Under the pieces are notes generated by a model. The model searched no databases, was not told the DNA's origin, and saw only the letters and a list, made by a program, of their open reading frames with translations. This document shows positions 14,729 to 24,000 of a stretch of DNA of 58,392 nucleotides, piece after piece. The stretch comes from Patescibacteria group bacterium (GTDB lineage Bacteria > Patescibacteriota > Microgenomatia > UBA1400 > PJMF01). The DNA lies in NCBI GenBank assembly GCA_019454415.1, contig JACFOI010000006.1, positions 1 through 58,392 on the forward strand. Direction: 5' to 3'. Position 1 is the first letter of the stretch. Each line of letters starts with the position of its first letter. A program made the translations under genes and the position numbers.

Positions 14729-16844
14729 ATGTGGAAGGAAAACTTGATGAGAGAGCCTTTGTCCCTCGAAGTAGCTGGGGTGCAGGTTGACGGGGAAGCT
14801 GCAGAATGAAGGTTGCACCCTTTCCCGGCTGTGAGCTGATCGAAATCTGGCCACCATGTAACTTTGCCAGTTGTTGTGCAATATAGAGGCCTAATCCTGT
14901 CCCGCTTTCCGGTGAACGGCGATAGGAGTTTTGAATAACGCCAAACTTTTGAAATAACTGTGCTTGATCTTGGGTGGATATGCCCGGGCCGTTGTCTTGG
15001 ACCGCCACACTTAGCTGCTCATGGTTTCCGCCAACAGTCACTGTGATGGTACTGTCTTTGGGAGAAAACTTGACAGCATTACTCATCAAGTTATGAAGAA
15101 CTTCAGTGATTTTATTGGAGTCAAAAATACAGAAGGTGTCAGCAAGGGCAACGTGCAGACGAAGTCGGACTTGCTTGCCACTGGCAAGTGGCTCGATCTC
15201 GTTGATGACCCGCTGAGTGATCTCTGCCAAAGATAATCGGTTCAGACGAAGTGGCAGACGGTGTGCCTCAAGTTGAGACAGTGTCAGCAAATCCCTGACT
15301 AACTCTAGTAGTCGCTCAGTAGCGGTATACGCAACTTGCAGATGCTCCCGGACAGTATCGGGCAATATCAGAGACGGTTTAAATAAGCACAACCACAAGT
15401 AACTGCGAATCGCAGTCATCGGTGTTCGCAGTTCGTGGGAGGCAATCGAGACAAACTCGTCTTTCATCTGATCAAGTTGATCGACATGTTGTAGGGCAAG
15501 GGCAATTTGCGGTGCTGCTACCATGCAGAAGTGAAGCTCCTCGGCTGAGAACGCGTCGCCGGAGTGTTTAGCACCCAAACAAATCCAGCCATTCACCACA
15601 TGATGAACCTGGAGTGGAATAGCCACCATAATGTCTTGGCTGCGGAGAAAAGACTTGACCTCACCTTCAGGCAGCTCGTCATAAACAATCAACTGCACTG
15701 GTGCTGAGTCAGAACTTCCTTCTTGAGTCGAAAAAGATATTTTGGTTAAAGCGTGCAGCGTAGTGACCAGTTCCGAATGAGAGTCTTTTCCGATCAGAAT
15801 ACCTGTCCATCTCACCCCCAGCTGGGTACAAAAAAAGTTGTCGAGTTCCTGGAGTAAACCTTTCAGTGAAACTCCTCGAACAGTAATACCGGCCAGAATT
15901 TGGTGGGCTCTGTCCGGCTGAAAAGCCGTTTTGTAAAACGCGCGTTGAGTCAACCTCTGAATAAAAGTATTGAGAAAAGGAAAACTCAGGACAGCCCCAA
16001 TCATCCCGACTGCCATGGCTGTGCGTTCCGACAACGCTGGAAGATATCCTTGCAACTGATGAAACATATCACTCAGAGCGAAAGAATACAGGACAGTGAT
16101 GACACCAAGCGTAACAACGTAGGCAGTGCAGCGCAGAACAGCCAACCTTAGATCAAGGAGTCGATGTTTCAGCATCGCATAGCTAATGCACCCAAGTAGA
16201 AAGAGCGATGAAAGTGGACCAATAGCCACAAACTCAAAGCGTTGAAAAAGAGTGACTAAGAGAAAGTTCGTTGAGAAACCAATCAAAACTGCCACTGCTA
16301 TTCCGAATAACACATACGCACTTTGTAGTCGGGCCAGTCCTTGCTGGAGCTTATAGGTACGGAAGATTAACCAAGTACTGAGCGTAGAAAGGACCAGGAA
16401 AGTCAGTCCATAGGCCTTCGCTGCAATACCGACCTCTAGATGAGGCTGTCCTCCTTCAAACCAATAGCGACGAAACATCAACGGTGTAAAGGAAAGAAGC
16501 ATCAGCAGCACTGTCCATGTCCCAAAGACCAGCATGAGCTTCTTAATTTTTTGGTGCCAAGTTTGAGAAAGCTTGGAGGCTTTACTGATCGGAAAGTGCA
16601 AGGCGAAACGTAAAAAGAACCAAGGAATCGGAATAGTGACCATCATCACCACCCGGATCCAAAAGAATCGTTGTTCGAGCGAGAAATCTTGAAGCGATAG
16701 CCAGTTACTGACTGCCCATGCTGCCAGTAAAAAGCTGAACATCGAGATAGATTGGTGAGCCGGGTGATGAGGGTTTCGGCTATACACTAAGATCGCCATA
16801 GTCAAACAAGCTGCGGCGGTGAGAAAGGTAAGAAGGAGTGTCAT
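14697..16844 (-). CDS. Sensor histidine kinase with a multi-pass (about 7 TM) N-terminal sensor
   Basis: 715 aa. The H-box is SIASHELRTPMTAI. The N, G1 and G2 boxes are HNLMSNAVKFSP, VQDNGPGI and GTGLGLYIA. Confidence 0.88.
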   Translation of the reverse strand: MTLLLTFLTAAACLTMAILVYSRNPHHPAHQSISMFSFLLAAWAVSNWLSLQDFSLEQRFFWIRVVMMVTIPIPWFFLRFALHFPISKASKLSQTWHQKIKKLMLVFGTWTVLLMLLSFTPLMFRRYWFEGGQPHLEVGIAAKAYGLTFLVLSTLSTWLIFRTYKLQQGLARLQSAYVLFGIAVAVLIGFSTNFLLVTLFQRFEFVAIGPLSSLFLLGCISYAMLKHRLLDLRLAVLRCTAYVVTLGVITVLYSFALSDMFHQLQGYLPALSERTAMAVGMIGAVLSFPFLNTFIQRLTQRAFYKTAFQPDRAHQILAGITVRGVSLKGLLQELDNFFCTQLGVRWTGILIGKDSHSELVTTLHALTKISFSTQEGSSDSAPVQLIVYDELPEGEVKSFLRSQDIMVAIPLQVHHVVNGWICLGAKHSGDAFSAEELHFCMVAAPQIALALQHVDQLDQMKDEFVSIASHELRTPMTAIRSYLWLCLFKPSLILPDTVREHLQVAYTATERLLELVRDLLTLSQLEAHRLPLRLNRLSLAEITQRVINEIEPLASGKQVRLRLHVALADTFCIFDSNKITEVLHNLMSNAVKFSPKDSTITVTVGGNHEQLSVAVQDNGPGISTQDQAQLFQKFGVIQNSYRRSPESGTGLGLYIAQQLAKLHGGQISISSQPGKGATFILQLPRQPAPQLLRGTKALSSSFPSTYAQASLHSAY

Positions 16845-18112
16845 AACGGTAAGGGTAAGGAAGATGCGTCACTTTCGTTTGAAGCGTCATTTGACGGCTG
16901 AGTCGATAGAGATAAAAAAGCTGTAGCCTGGGCAAACTCAAAGTAGGAGTTGGTGATGGCCAGCGCTTCTTCGACTCGTGTCGCTTGAGGAGTGGGTGGT
17001 GTTCGCTGAAAGTAGTGGCCATGGATACTCTCAGCCACGAGCTGGGTCGGCCGGATCGTCTCTGGCTGACTAATTACTCTGGCGGGCAGGCCCAGCTGCT
17101 TGATAACACGGTGGAGGGTCAGTTGCGTATTAAAAAGTTCCCACTCTACTTCGGGTAGGTGGTGTTGAACTGCGTGGTGAATAATGAACATCAGAGTCTG
17201 GCTGAGCTGGCCACGCTCTGGGATTCCCAAATGTTGGCAAATATGCTTGGGTGCGACGTTCAGACGAGTGATCTCAACGATCTTATTCTCAGGAACATCG
17301 GCCAGTTCCTGGCCAGCATCGTTGAGTTGGTAGTTGAGAGCGTTATTCGTAGGCAGAGAGCTGAGTAACTTCTCTCGGGCAGGAGTTGCCACTGAACCAT
17401 CCCAGCCGATCGTATCGGCAAATGAGTAATCTGTGCTGCCCCGGGCGGCTCCGATGGAACCGACTAAATGTTTTGGGCCGGTAGGCCCTTCAGGAGTGGC
17501 AAAAGCAATTGCCAAAACATACTCAGGACGAAACGAGTGCGCCATCGCCAATAAGAGTTTCGCTTCTAACTGCGCTTTCGCTTCGGCCACGTGGTTGAGA
17601 TAGTTTTTGGAGCTGGGCGTCTCCCCTGCCTCTTCCACAATGTTCTCTGCAATAAGCTGCGTCTGCAAAAGATCCGTAGCATAGACCTGCATTGCCATAT
17701 CGACTACCAACGCTCGTAGTCCCGGATCAAAACTGGAAAGAAGTCCTGACCAGACTTCCAGTTGCGGAGTGACTTGAGTAGTAAGAATGCGGTGGCCCAT
17801 GTACTGGTACGGAACTTGCCAGTATGGAACATCAAAACGGTGAAACTCGGGGACTTGGATAGGAGAAAGTGGGTGAGAAGCTATTTGATGGAGGCGTTGG
17901 TGAAGTTCTAAAATTTTTTTTGAATTTCGGGTGTTAAAAGATCTAGAAATGTTTCTCCATCTGTCCAGCTCATTTATGAGTTTGGTCAGTTGCCCTTTTA
18001 TTATTGATCTTTCTTTTTTTTGAACTTTCTCCCCTAGCTCAAAATACCCAGCACCTCCCCCCTCCACATGTGGAGCTTCCCTCACCACTGGTCGGTGTTC
18101 ATAGCGCGGCAT
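16841..18112 (-). CDS. Hypothetical 423-aa protein, first gene of the HK/receiver operon; possible GNAT/LuxI-FeeM-like acyltransferase fold in the C-terminal half (weak)
   Basis: The ATG at 18112 and a stop overlapping the HK start (ATGA at 16841-16844) indicate translational coupling. The only homology hint, from memory, is the segment IVEITRLNVAP...VEWELFNTQLTLHRVIKQLGLP. Confidence 0.6.
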   Translation of the reverse strand: MPRYEHRPVVREAPHVEGGGAGYFELGEKVQKKERSIIKGQLTKLINELDRWRNISRSFNTRNSKKILELHQRLHQIASHPLSPIQVPEFHRFDVPYWQVPYQYMGHRILTTQVTPQLEVWSGLLSSFDPGLRALVVDMAMQVYATDLLQTQLIAENIVEEAGETPSSKNYLNHVAEAKAQLEAKLLLAMAHSFRPEYVLAIAFATPEGPTGPKHLVGSIGAARGSTDYSFADTIGWDGSVATPAREKLLSSLPTNNALNYQLNDAGQELADVPENKIVEITRLNVAPKHICQHLGIPERGQLSQTLMFIIHHAVQHHLPEVEWELFNTQLTLHRVIKQLGLPARVISQPETIRPTQLVAESIHGHYFQRTPPTPQATRVEEALAITNSYFEFAQATAFLSLSTQPSNDASNESDASSLPLPL

Positions 18113-18129
18113 GATGCTTCAGCAAAGTC

Positions 18130-18156
18130 ACTACAATTACTGTAATTACTACAATT
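18130..18156. repeat. Three tandem 9-mers ACTACAATT / ACTGTAATT / ACTACAATT containing the inverted repeat AATTAC-T-GTAATT
   Basis: Read directly from the sequence. They lie 18-44 nt upstream of the ATG at 18112. Confidence 0.7.
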
Positions 18157-18285
18157 CTCTATTTGGTTTAGATTTCTACTTGCCTGAGAACATTATAGAA
18201 ACCATATCAATGTGCATCAAATATGCACAGAAAACTGTTGCATCCAGCCAAACAGAGCATAAAGGGAAAACGATACTCCCCTTTT

Positions 18286-18678
18286 TTAGTAGTACATCAC
18301 TACTCGGAGGAACATCCACATTCGAGGGAAGAAAATAATTAAGCCAACGATTGCAGCGACGATTGCCAAAATAAGAACAGCTCCTGCTGCCACATCTCTG
18401 GCACGTTGACTTGACTTGTACGGCAGACCAAGCTCGTCACGCATACAGTTGCAGACTTCTTCAATAGCAGTATTGATCAGCTCAGCAGACAGTACTAAGC
18501 CAATCATCACAATGACGAGGATCCACTCGAGCAAACTAATCCGAAAGAAAAGCCCCAAAAACAGGACCAGGACCGTCAGGAAACCATGGACTCGCATGTT
18601 GCGTTCCTGAAAACCACTGGCAATCCCTTTGCCGGCGTAGGTAAAACTCTTCAGAACTTTATACAGAAAGTGCGCCAT
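18286..18678 (-). CDS. dgkA: Diacylglycerol/undecaprenol kinase (DgkA family)
   Basis: ASGFQERNMRVHGFLTVLVLFLGLFF...SAELINTAIEEVCN matches the prokaryotic DAGK family. I chose the ATG at 18678; the track uses a TTG start at 18702. Confidence 0.8.
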   Translation of the reverse strand: MAHFLYKVLKSFTYAGKGIASGFQERNMRVHGFLTVLVLFLGLFFRISLLEWILVIVMIGLVLSAELINTAIEEVCNCMRDELGLPYKSSQRARDVAAGAVLILAIVAAIVGLIIFFPRMWMFLRVVMYY

Positions 18679-18730
18679 TACTTTCAGTGTACGGGAAAAC
18701 AAGCGGCAAATTCAATGCCAAATTAGATAG

Positions 18731-18946
18731 CTAATTGAGTTCTTCTGATCCTGAGATCGGAACTCCGGATGGTACCGGAGAGATTTCGATCATGTCTGGA
18801 GACTGCTCGACGGGAGCAGGACTCTGATCCAGATTTTGCATCAACTGTGGCTGACAGGCAGTAACCAAAAAACCCAGAACGACTGAACCACCAATGATGA
18901 CCAGGTGAGGATTAATACCGGAGGTTTGTTTACGTTTGCTCGCCAT
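18731..18946 (-). CDS. Small putative lipoprotein (71 aa)
   Basis: A signal peptide with a lipobox-like LVTAC. SD GGAAAG lies 7 nt upstream of the ATG at 18946. Confidence 0.5.
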   Translation of the reverse strand: MASKRKQTSGINPHLVIIGGSVVLGFLVTACQPQLMQNLDQSPAPVEQSPDMIEISPVPSGVPISGSEELN

Positions 18947-19017
18947 GTGTTCACTTTCCGCGCATTCTTCAGTACTGAAGTGCAGCTCTCCAAGATCTCT
19001 TCAGTTCATCTTACCCC

Positions 19018-19062
19018 AAAATCGCCGGCGATAGGAAGGGGCTGAACACTTCAGCCCCTTCC
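19018..19062 (-). terminator. Tandem hairpin terminator downstream of the HK/RR operon
   Basis: A perfect 13-bp stem GGAAGGGGCTGAA-CAC-TTCAGCCCCTTCC spans 19034-19062. On the minus strand it is followed by the palindrome ATCGCCGGCGAT (19021-19032) and then TTT. Confidence 0.7.
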
Positions 19063-19222
19063 TCGAAGTATCGTGAGGGGGTACAGATTCTGGATATTCT
19101 CCAAGAGACCTCACAATGTTACTGGGTTCGGAGAGCAAACATTATCAAAACATAATACTGCCCCAACTTAAGAAAATCCTAAGAACCACGTAACATCCGC
19201 GCGGGCATGGAATACTGGAGAG

Positions 19223-20254
19223 TTATGAAACTTTTGGAAAACGGAGGTTAACACGGGTTCCTACCCCCATCGTACTGGCGACCTGAATATGACCGTCTGC
19301 ATTCTCCACAAGCTTATGAGCAATCGTTAAACCCAGACCAGCTCCTCTTGTCGACGAACTATCAAAACGTTGTACCCGGTAAAACCGATCAAAGACATGC
19401 GGCAGATCTGCCGCGGGAATACCCACGCCAGTGTCCTCAATACTTGCCAGGACAGTACGGCCTTTCTGGTTGGTGGTAATGGTGACACTACCACCTTTGG
19501 GGGTGTACTTGATCGCATTATCCAACAAAATCAAAAAGAGCTGCTTCATTTGATCTGGCGTAACATGTACCAGCAACGGATCTTTGGAGAGTTGGGTCTT
19601 GAGGGCGATATGTTTGTCCTTGGCTAAAGGCTGCATCTGTTTGACTGACTCAGCCCACATTTGGTTAAGATCTATCAGCTGGCGTCCTACCAGCTTATCT
19701 TGATCGTCACGCACTAAAGTCAGCAGGCCATCGACAATCTCCTGCATTCGTCTGACTTCTTGCTGGACACTTTGCAAGGTCTCTTTGACGGGTGCTGGTA
19801 ATCGTTTATGGGTCTTCTGCAGAGCAACAATCTCCATCGAGATGGTTGTTAGGGGTGTCCTCAACTCATGTGAAGCATCTGCAGCAAACTCTTCTTGGCT
19901 TTCGACATTCTCCCGGATCGAACGCAAGCTGGCACCGCTCAAAAAGTAACTGGCGACACCAGCGCCGATCAACAACGCAATGTTGACCATTAACAGCCGT
20001 TGCTTGAAGGCCAGATCAAACTGCTCAAGTCTTTGTCCGAGTAAGCTCGACACTAACTGGCGCTCGGTAATTCCGGCCCGTGATTCAAGTACACTGAGCA
20101 CTCGATCCACGGCGTAGCGCTGAGCATTCAAGGCGGCAATTGAAAAAAGAATCACAATACAGCCACTGATTCCCAAGTACAGCAGCGTCAACTTCAAGCG
20201 CGCTCGATCAAACTGGGTAGACAAAAATGACTTGGGAGTAGGCATCTGCCTCAT
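19223..20254 (-). CDS. Sensor histidine kinase (two TM helices, HisKA + HATPase_c)
   Basis: The H-box is FAADASHELRTPLT. DNAIKYTP, IEDTGVGI and GAGLGLTIA are also present. Its start overlaps the RR stop by 4 nt. Confidence 0.88.
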   Translation of the reverse strand: MRQMPTPKSFLSTQFDRARLKLTLLYLGISGCIVILFSIAALNAQRYAVDRVLSVLESRAGITERQLVSSLLGQRLEQFDLAFKQRLLMVNIALLIGAGVASYFLSGASLRSIRENVESQEEFAADASHELRTPLTTISMEIVALQKTHKRLPAPVKETLQSVQQEVRRMQEIVDGLLTLVRDDQDKLVGRQLIDLNQMWAESVKQMQPLAKDKHIALKTQLSKDPLLVHVTPDQMKQLFLILLDNAIKYTPKGGSVTITTNQKGRTVLASIEDTGVGIPAADLPHVFDRFYRVQRFDSSSTRGAGLGLTIAHKLVENADGHIQVASTMGVGTRVNLRFPKVS

Positions 20255-20946
20255 GGTTTTTTCTCCAGCTCATCAGTTAAGGTGTATCCTCTCCCTTTGA
20301 GCGTCTTTAGCAGCTGTTTTTGACCGGGAAATGCTTTGTCAATTTTAGCGCGGACATACCCGATATAAACATCAGCAACGCCGGACAGCGGATCGATCTG
20401 GCTATCCCAGACGTGCTCAATTAGCTGGGTTTTGGTCAGCACCTGGTGCGGATGACGAAGAAAAAGCTCGACCAGGGCATACTCTTTCGGTGTCAGATTT
20501 AAAATCTTGCCAGTGCGAGTCACTCGTTGGGTGGCAGGATCCAACACTAAAGTGTCGAGCTGGAGGACTGGTTGCGCTTGGCTTGGACTCCCCCGCCGAA
20601 GCAAGGCACGAAGGCGAGCAAGCAGCTCTTCAAAGTCAAACGGTTTGACGAGATAGTCATCTCCACCGATATCCAATCCCTTCACTTTGTCCCGGGAAAG
20701 ATCGCGAGCAGTTAAAAAAATAATCGGTGTTTTGACTTCCTCTTGACGAAGTTTTTCTGTTAACTCGAAACCATTTATCTTTGGCAAGCCGACATCCAAG
20801 ATCAACACGTCATAGCTTTCGACCGTTGCCTTCTCGTACCCTTCTTCACCGTCAAATGCTACATCCACAGCGTAGCGCTCCGCTTCCAGTGCTTTTTTGA
20901 TGGACAGAGCCAACTTTTGTTCATCCTCGACAATCAATAGCCGCAT
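20251..20946 (-). CDS. OmpR/PhoB-family response regulator
   Basis: A receiver domain (MRLLIVEDE...VLILDVGLPKINGFE) plus a winged-helix output domain (LTPKEYALVELFLRHPHQVLTK...LKTLKGRGYTL). Confidence 0.9.
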   Translation of the reverse strand: MRLLIVEDEQKLALSIKKALEAERYAVDVAFDGEEGYEKATVESYDVLILDVGLPKINGFELTEKLRQEEVKTPIIFLTARDLSRDKVKGLDIGGDDYLVKPFDFEELLARLRALLRRGSPSQAQPVLQLDTLVLDPATQRVTRTGKILNLTPKEYALVELFLRHPHQVLTKTQLIEHVWDSQIDPLSGVADVYIGYVRAKIDKAFPGQKQLLKTLKGRGYTLTDELEKKP

Positions 20947-21054
20947 ATCACCTCGTCAGGTAATCCTACACTACTGCAAATAAGCCTGGCAGAACAAGGA
21001 AGGTGTAACTCCTTCTTTTGGCCGGAGAAAAAAACATGTAATCTTAATGGTAGT

Positions 21055-24000
21055 ATGAATTTTCTTTCGGGTACTTTTTTACGGCTACAGCGAGTACTTC
21101 CGCACTTACGTGGACGTGCAGACCATTCAAAGGGTGCCTCGCTTCTGGAGATCATCATCGCCACCGGAATTGTTGGCTTAGTCATGACGAGTACTGTGGC
21201 TATCATGACGGTCTCGTTAAAGACGACCAGTCTCTCCCGCAACAAATCTGTAGCCACCAAGTACACCCAAGAAGGTATCGAGTACTTTCGCACCCAGCGC
21301 AACATCATGGGCTGGGAGACTTTCTTTGAGACCCTTAACTCAGGTGGAGTGACTTCAGAATACTGTATGGCTACGTTGCCCTACACGGAGACTGGTGGCT
21401 TAGAGGAACTCCCGAATAGGCCATGTACTTCATCGGAGTTTGTGGACGAGAATGATGTCTTTCAACGCTATGCAGAAGTTACTACAGATATCAGCGGGGA
21501 GAACGGAAGTGTCCATGTCACCGTCTCCACTGTCTGGGAAGATAACGGCCGGGAGCTCACGTCTACAGCCACGCTCGAATTAGGAGATATTTATGTAGCT
21601 TCCAACTTTGAGCTGACCTTCCCCTCCCCTCAGATCCCCACGCCTGTTCCGACACCTTCTCCGGTACCGTCACCGGATCCTTGTGAGGTAAACATTGTCC
21701 AAGGAAAGACCACTTCTCAGTCTTCTTCTCCAATAACTCCCGGTGCTTCTTCACTTGCTGCCGACGGGAATACGGATGGTGACTGGAACAACGGCTCAGT
21801 CAGCCATACCGCTGAAGAGGCGAATGCATGGTGGCAAGTCGACTTAGGCCAGTCTTACAATCTTTCTGATGTTGATATTTATAATCGTACAGATGGCACT
21901 ACCGCTACTCGCCTCTCGAATTACCATGTTTTGATTTCCGAGTTTCCATTCATTTCCACTAACTTAGCTACCACCATCAGTTCTTTCGGGGTAGATGATT
22001 TTCACCAGACTACTACTGCTGGTAGTCCCACCACAATTGCCGCTAACACTACCGGTCGTTACTTGCGTGTCCAACAAAGCGGCACGAACTATCTGCATAT
22101 GGCTGAAGTCGAGGCTTTCGGCTGTGCCACCGATTCGTATTCAAATGTTGCACTTAATAAATCGGCTGCTCAATCTTCTACAAACTCAGGTGCAGATGCT
22201 TCCCGAGCCGTGGACGGCAACACCAACGGAAACTGGGCCGGAAACTCAGTCAGTCACACCAATAGTGACGCCAATGCCTGGTGGCAAGTAGACCTAGGCG
22301 CGGTCTACGACTTGAGCCATATCAATATCTACAACCGCACTGATTGCTGTGGAACTCGTCTCTCCAACTTCTATATCTTTGTTTCCGATGTTCCTTTCAC
22401 TTCTACCAACTTGAGTACTACTCTCGCTCAGTCTGGCGTATCCAGTTACTACATAAGCGGCGCAGCTGGGTCTCCGACGCAACGGGCCTTTGGTAGAACC
22501 GGACGATATGTACGTATCCAGCTGAGTGGGACTGACTACCTTCATATGGCTGAGGTGGAAATTTATGGAAAGAACCCTGGCGGATCACCAGGTCCTTCAC
22601 CGTCACCGACACCTAGCCTAGCTGGTTACTGGAAGTTTGATGAAGGAACGGGTAGCACTGTGGCTGATTCCAGCAGTAACGGAAATACCGGTACCTGGTT
22701 AGGTTCTGGCGTTCACTGGGCAGTGACTGGCCTCTTGCGGTCTGCTGGTAGATTTAATGGCAGCGGTGACACGCTTAATATTGGGACCAGAGACAGTTTG
22801 AACTTTGGCAACAATGGTCCCTTTACGTTTGAAGGCTGGGTAAAACCGTCCACCTTGGTCGACTATGCTGGCTTTATCAGTAAGGATGCGTCGAGGAATA
22901 CTCCGTATTCTTACATGACTGCCTTTATGGCAAACGGACGGATGGTTGCGTATAACGGGAGTGCTTGGGCAGATCTCTGTCCGGCAGGTTCTGTTCAGGT
23001 AGGAGTCTGGCAACACGTTGCCTTTTCCTATAACGGCACAACGCTCACCGGGTATATCAATGGTAGCTCTTGTGGCTCCATATCCTTCACCTATGTCGAT
23101 AATCCCGCCCATACGGTCGTAATTGGGAGTTGGTACAGTCCCTCCTCAGTTTATGACTATATTGGAACGATGGATGAAGTGAAGATATATCGGGGAGCAT
23201 TGACTGCTGATGAGATCTTGGATGAGTACGACTCTTCTGCTGACACTATGTTGGCACCGACGGCGGATTGGCCATTTAGTGAAGGAAGCGGAACCACGGT
23301 GGCTGATATCACCGGCAATGGCCACAACGGTACTTGGAGTGGCAGTGGCACACGCTGGACCACAGCCGGAGTCTCCGGAAATGCTGGTATCTTTAACGGC
23401 ACCAACGATACTATCTCAGTACCACTAGCCGGTATCTACGATAACTTCACTCTTGAGATGTGGGTCAATCCTACCGGCACAATTACGCTGAACAGTGAAG
23501 CGACCAGTGGAACCACCGGAATATCTGGGCAACGCTATGCTTGGTGGAATGGAAATCCTGGTACAACGGGTGCATCAGCATTACTTTCTGTAGGGACAAA
23601 TGGGCTATCAGTCTACGAACACGCTGCCAACTACATGCCGCCACTGGCAGTGTCATCCAATGGTGTAAGTGGCTGGAAACACGTAGCAGTTGTCTACAAG
23701 AGTAAAGTTCCCTCGATTTACGTCAACGGTGTTCTGGTCCGGACTGGACTTACTTCTCCACGCACAACGGTTGAGCCATTTGCTGGCGGTGTAGCTGCAA
23801 TTGGCGGAGGCGCCTATGGATACTTTTCGGGTAAAATTGACGAGGTAAAGCTCTACGATTACGCCCGTTCTGCCAGCCAAATTGCTGACTCATACAGTGC
23901 CAACGCCGGCTCCGGCTCTCAGGCTTTCGATCCCGTTGCGAAGTGGTCATTCAATGAGGGGACAGGTACTTCGGTCGCTGACTCCAGCGGTAATGGAAAT

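Noticed and set aside
18172-18181. A 10-nt match (ATTTCTACTT) to the core of the CRISPR repeat, on the plus strand
   Set aside because: It is on the opposite strand to the array. It lacks the downstream GTAGAT half of the hairpin, no second copy or spacer structure is nearby, and it lies in an AT-rich promoter region. It is probably a chance match.
18111-18338. A 75-aa plus-strand ORF in the dgkA/423-aa-gene intergenic region
   Set aside because: It runs through a promoter region and into the antisense strand of the dgkA 3' end. It has no SD, and its composition is Tyr/Asn-rich and low-complexity.
20934-21308. A 124-aa minus-strand ORF spanning the RR/pilin-like intergenic region
   Set aside because: It overlaps the 5' end of the giant plus-strand gene and the RR start, and it has no SD. 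Its translation has no recognisable features.
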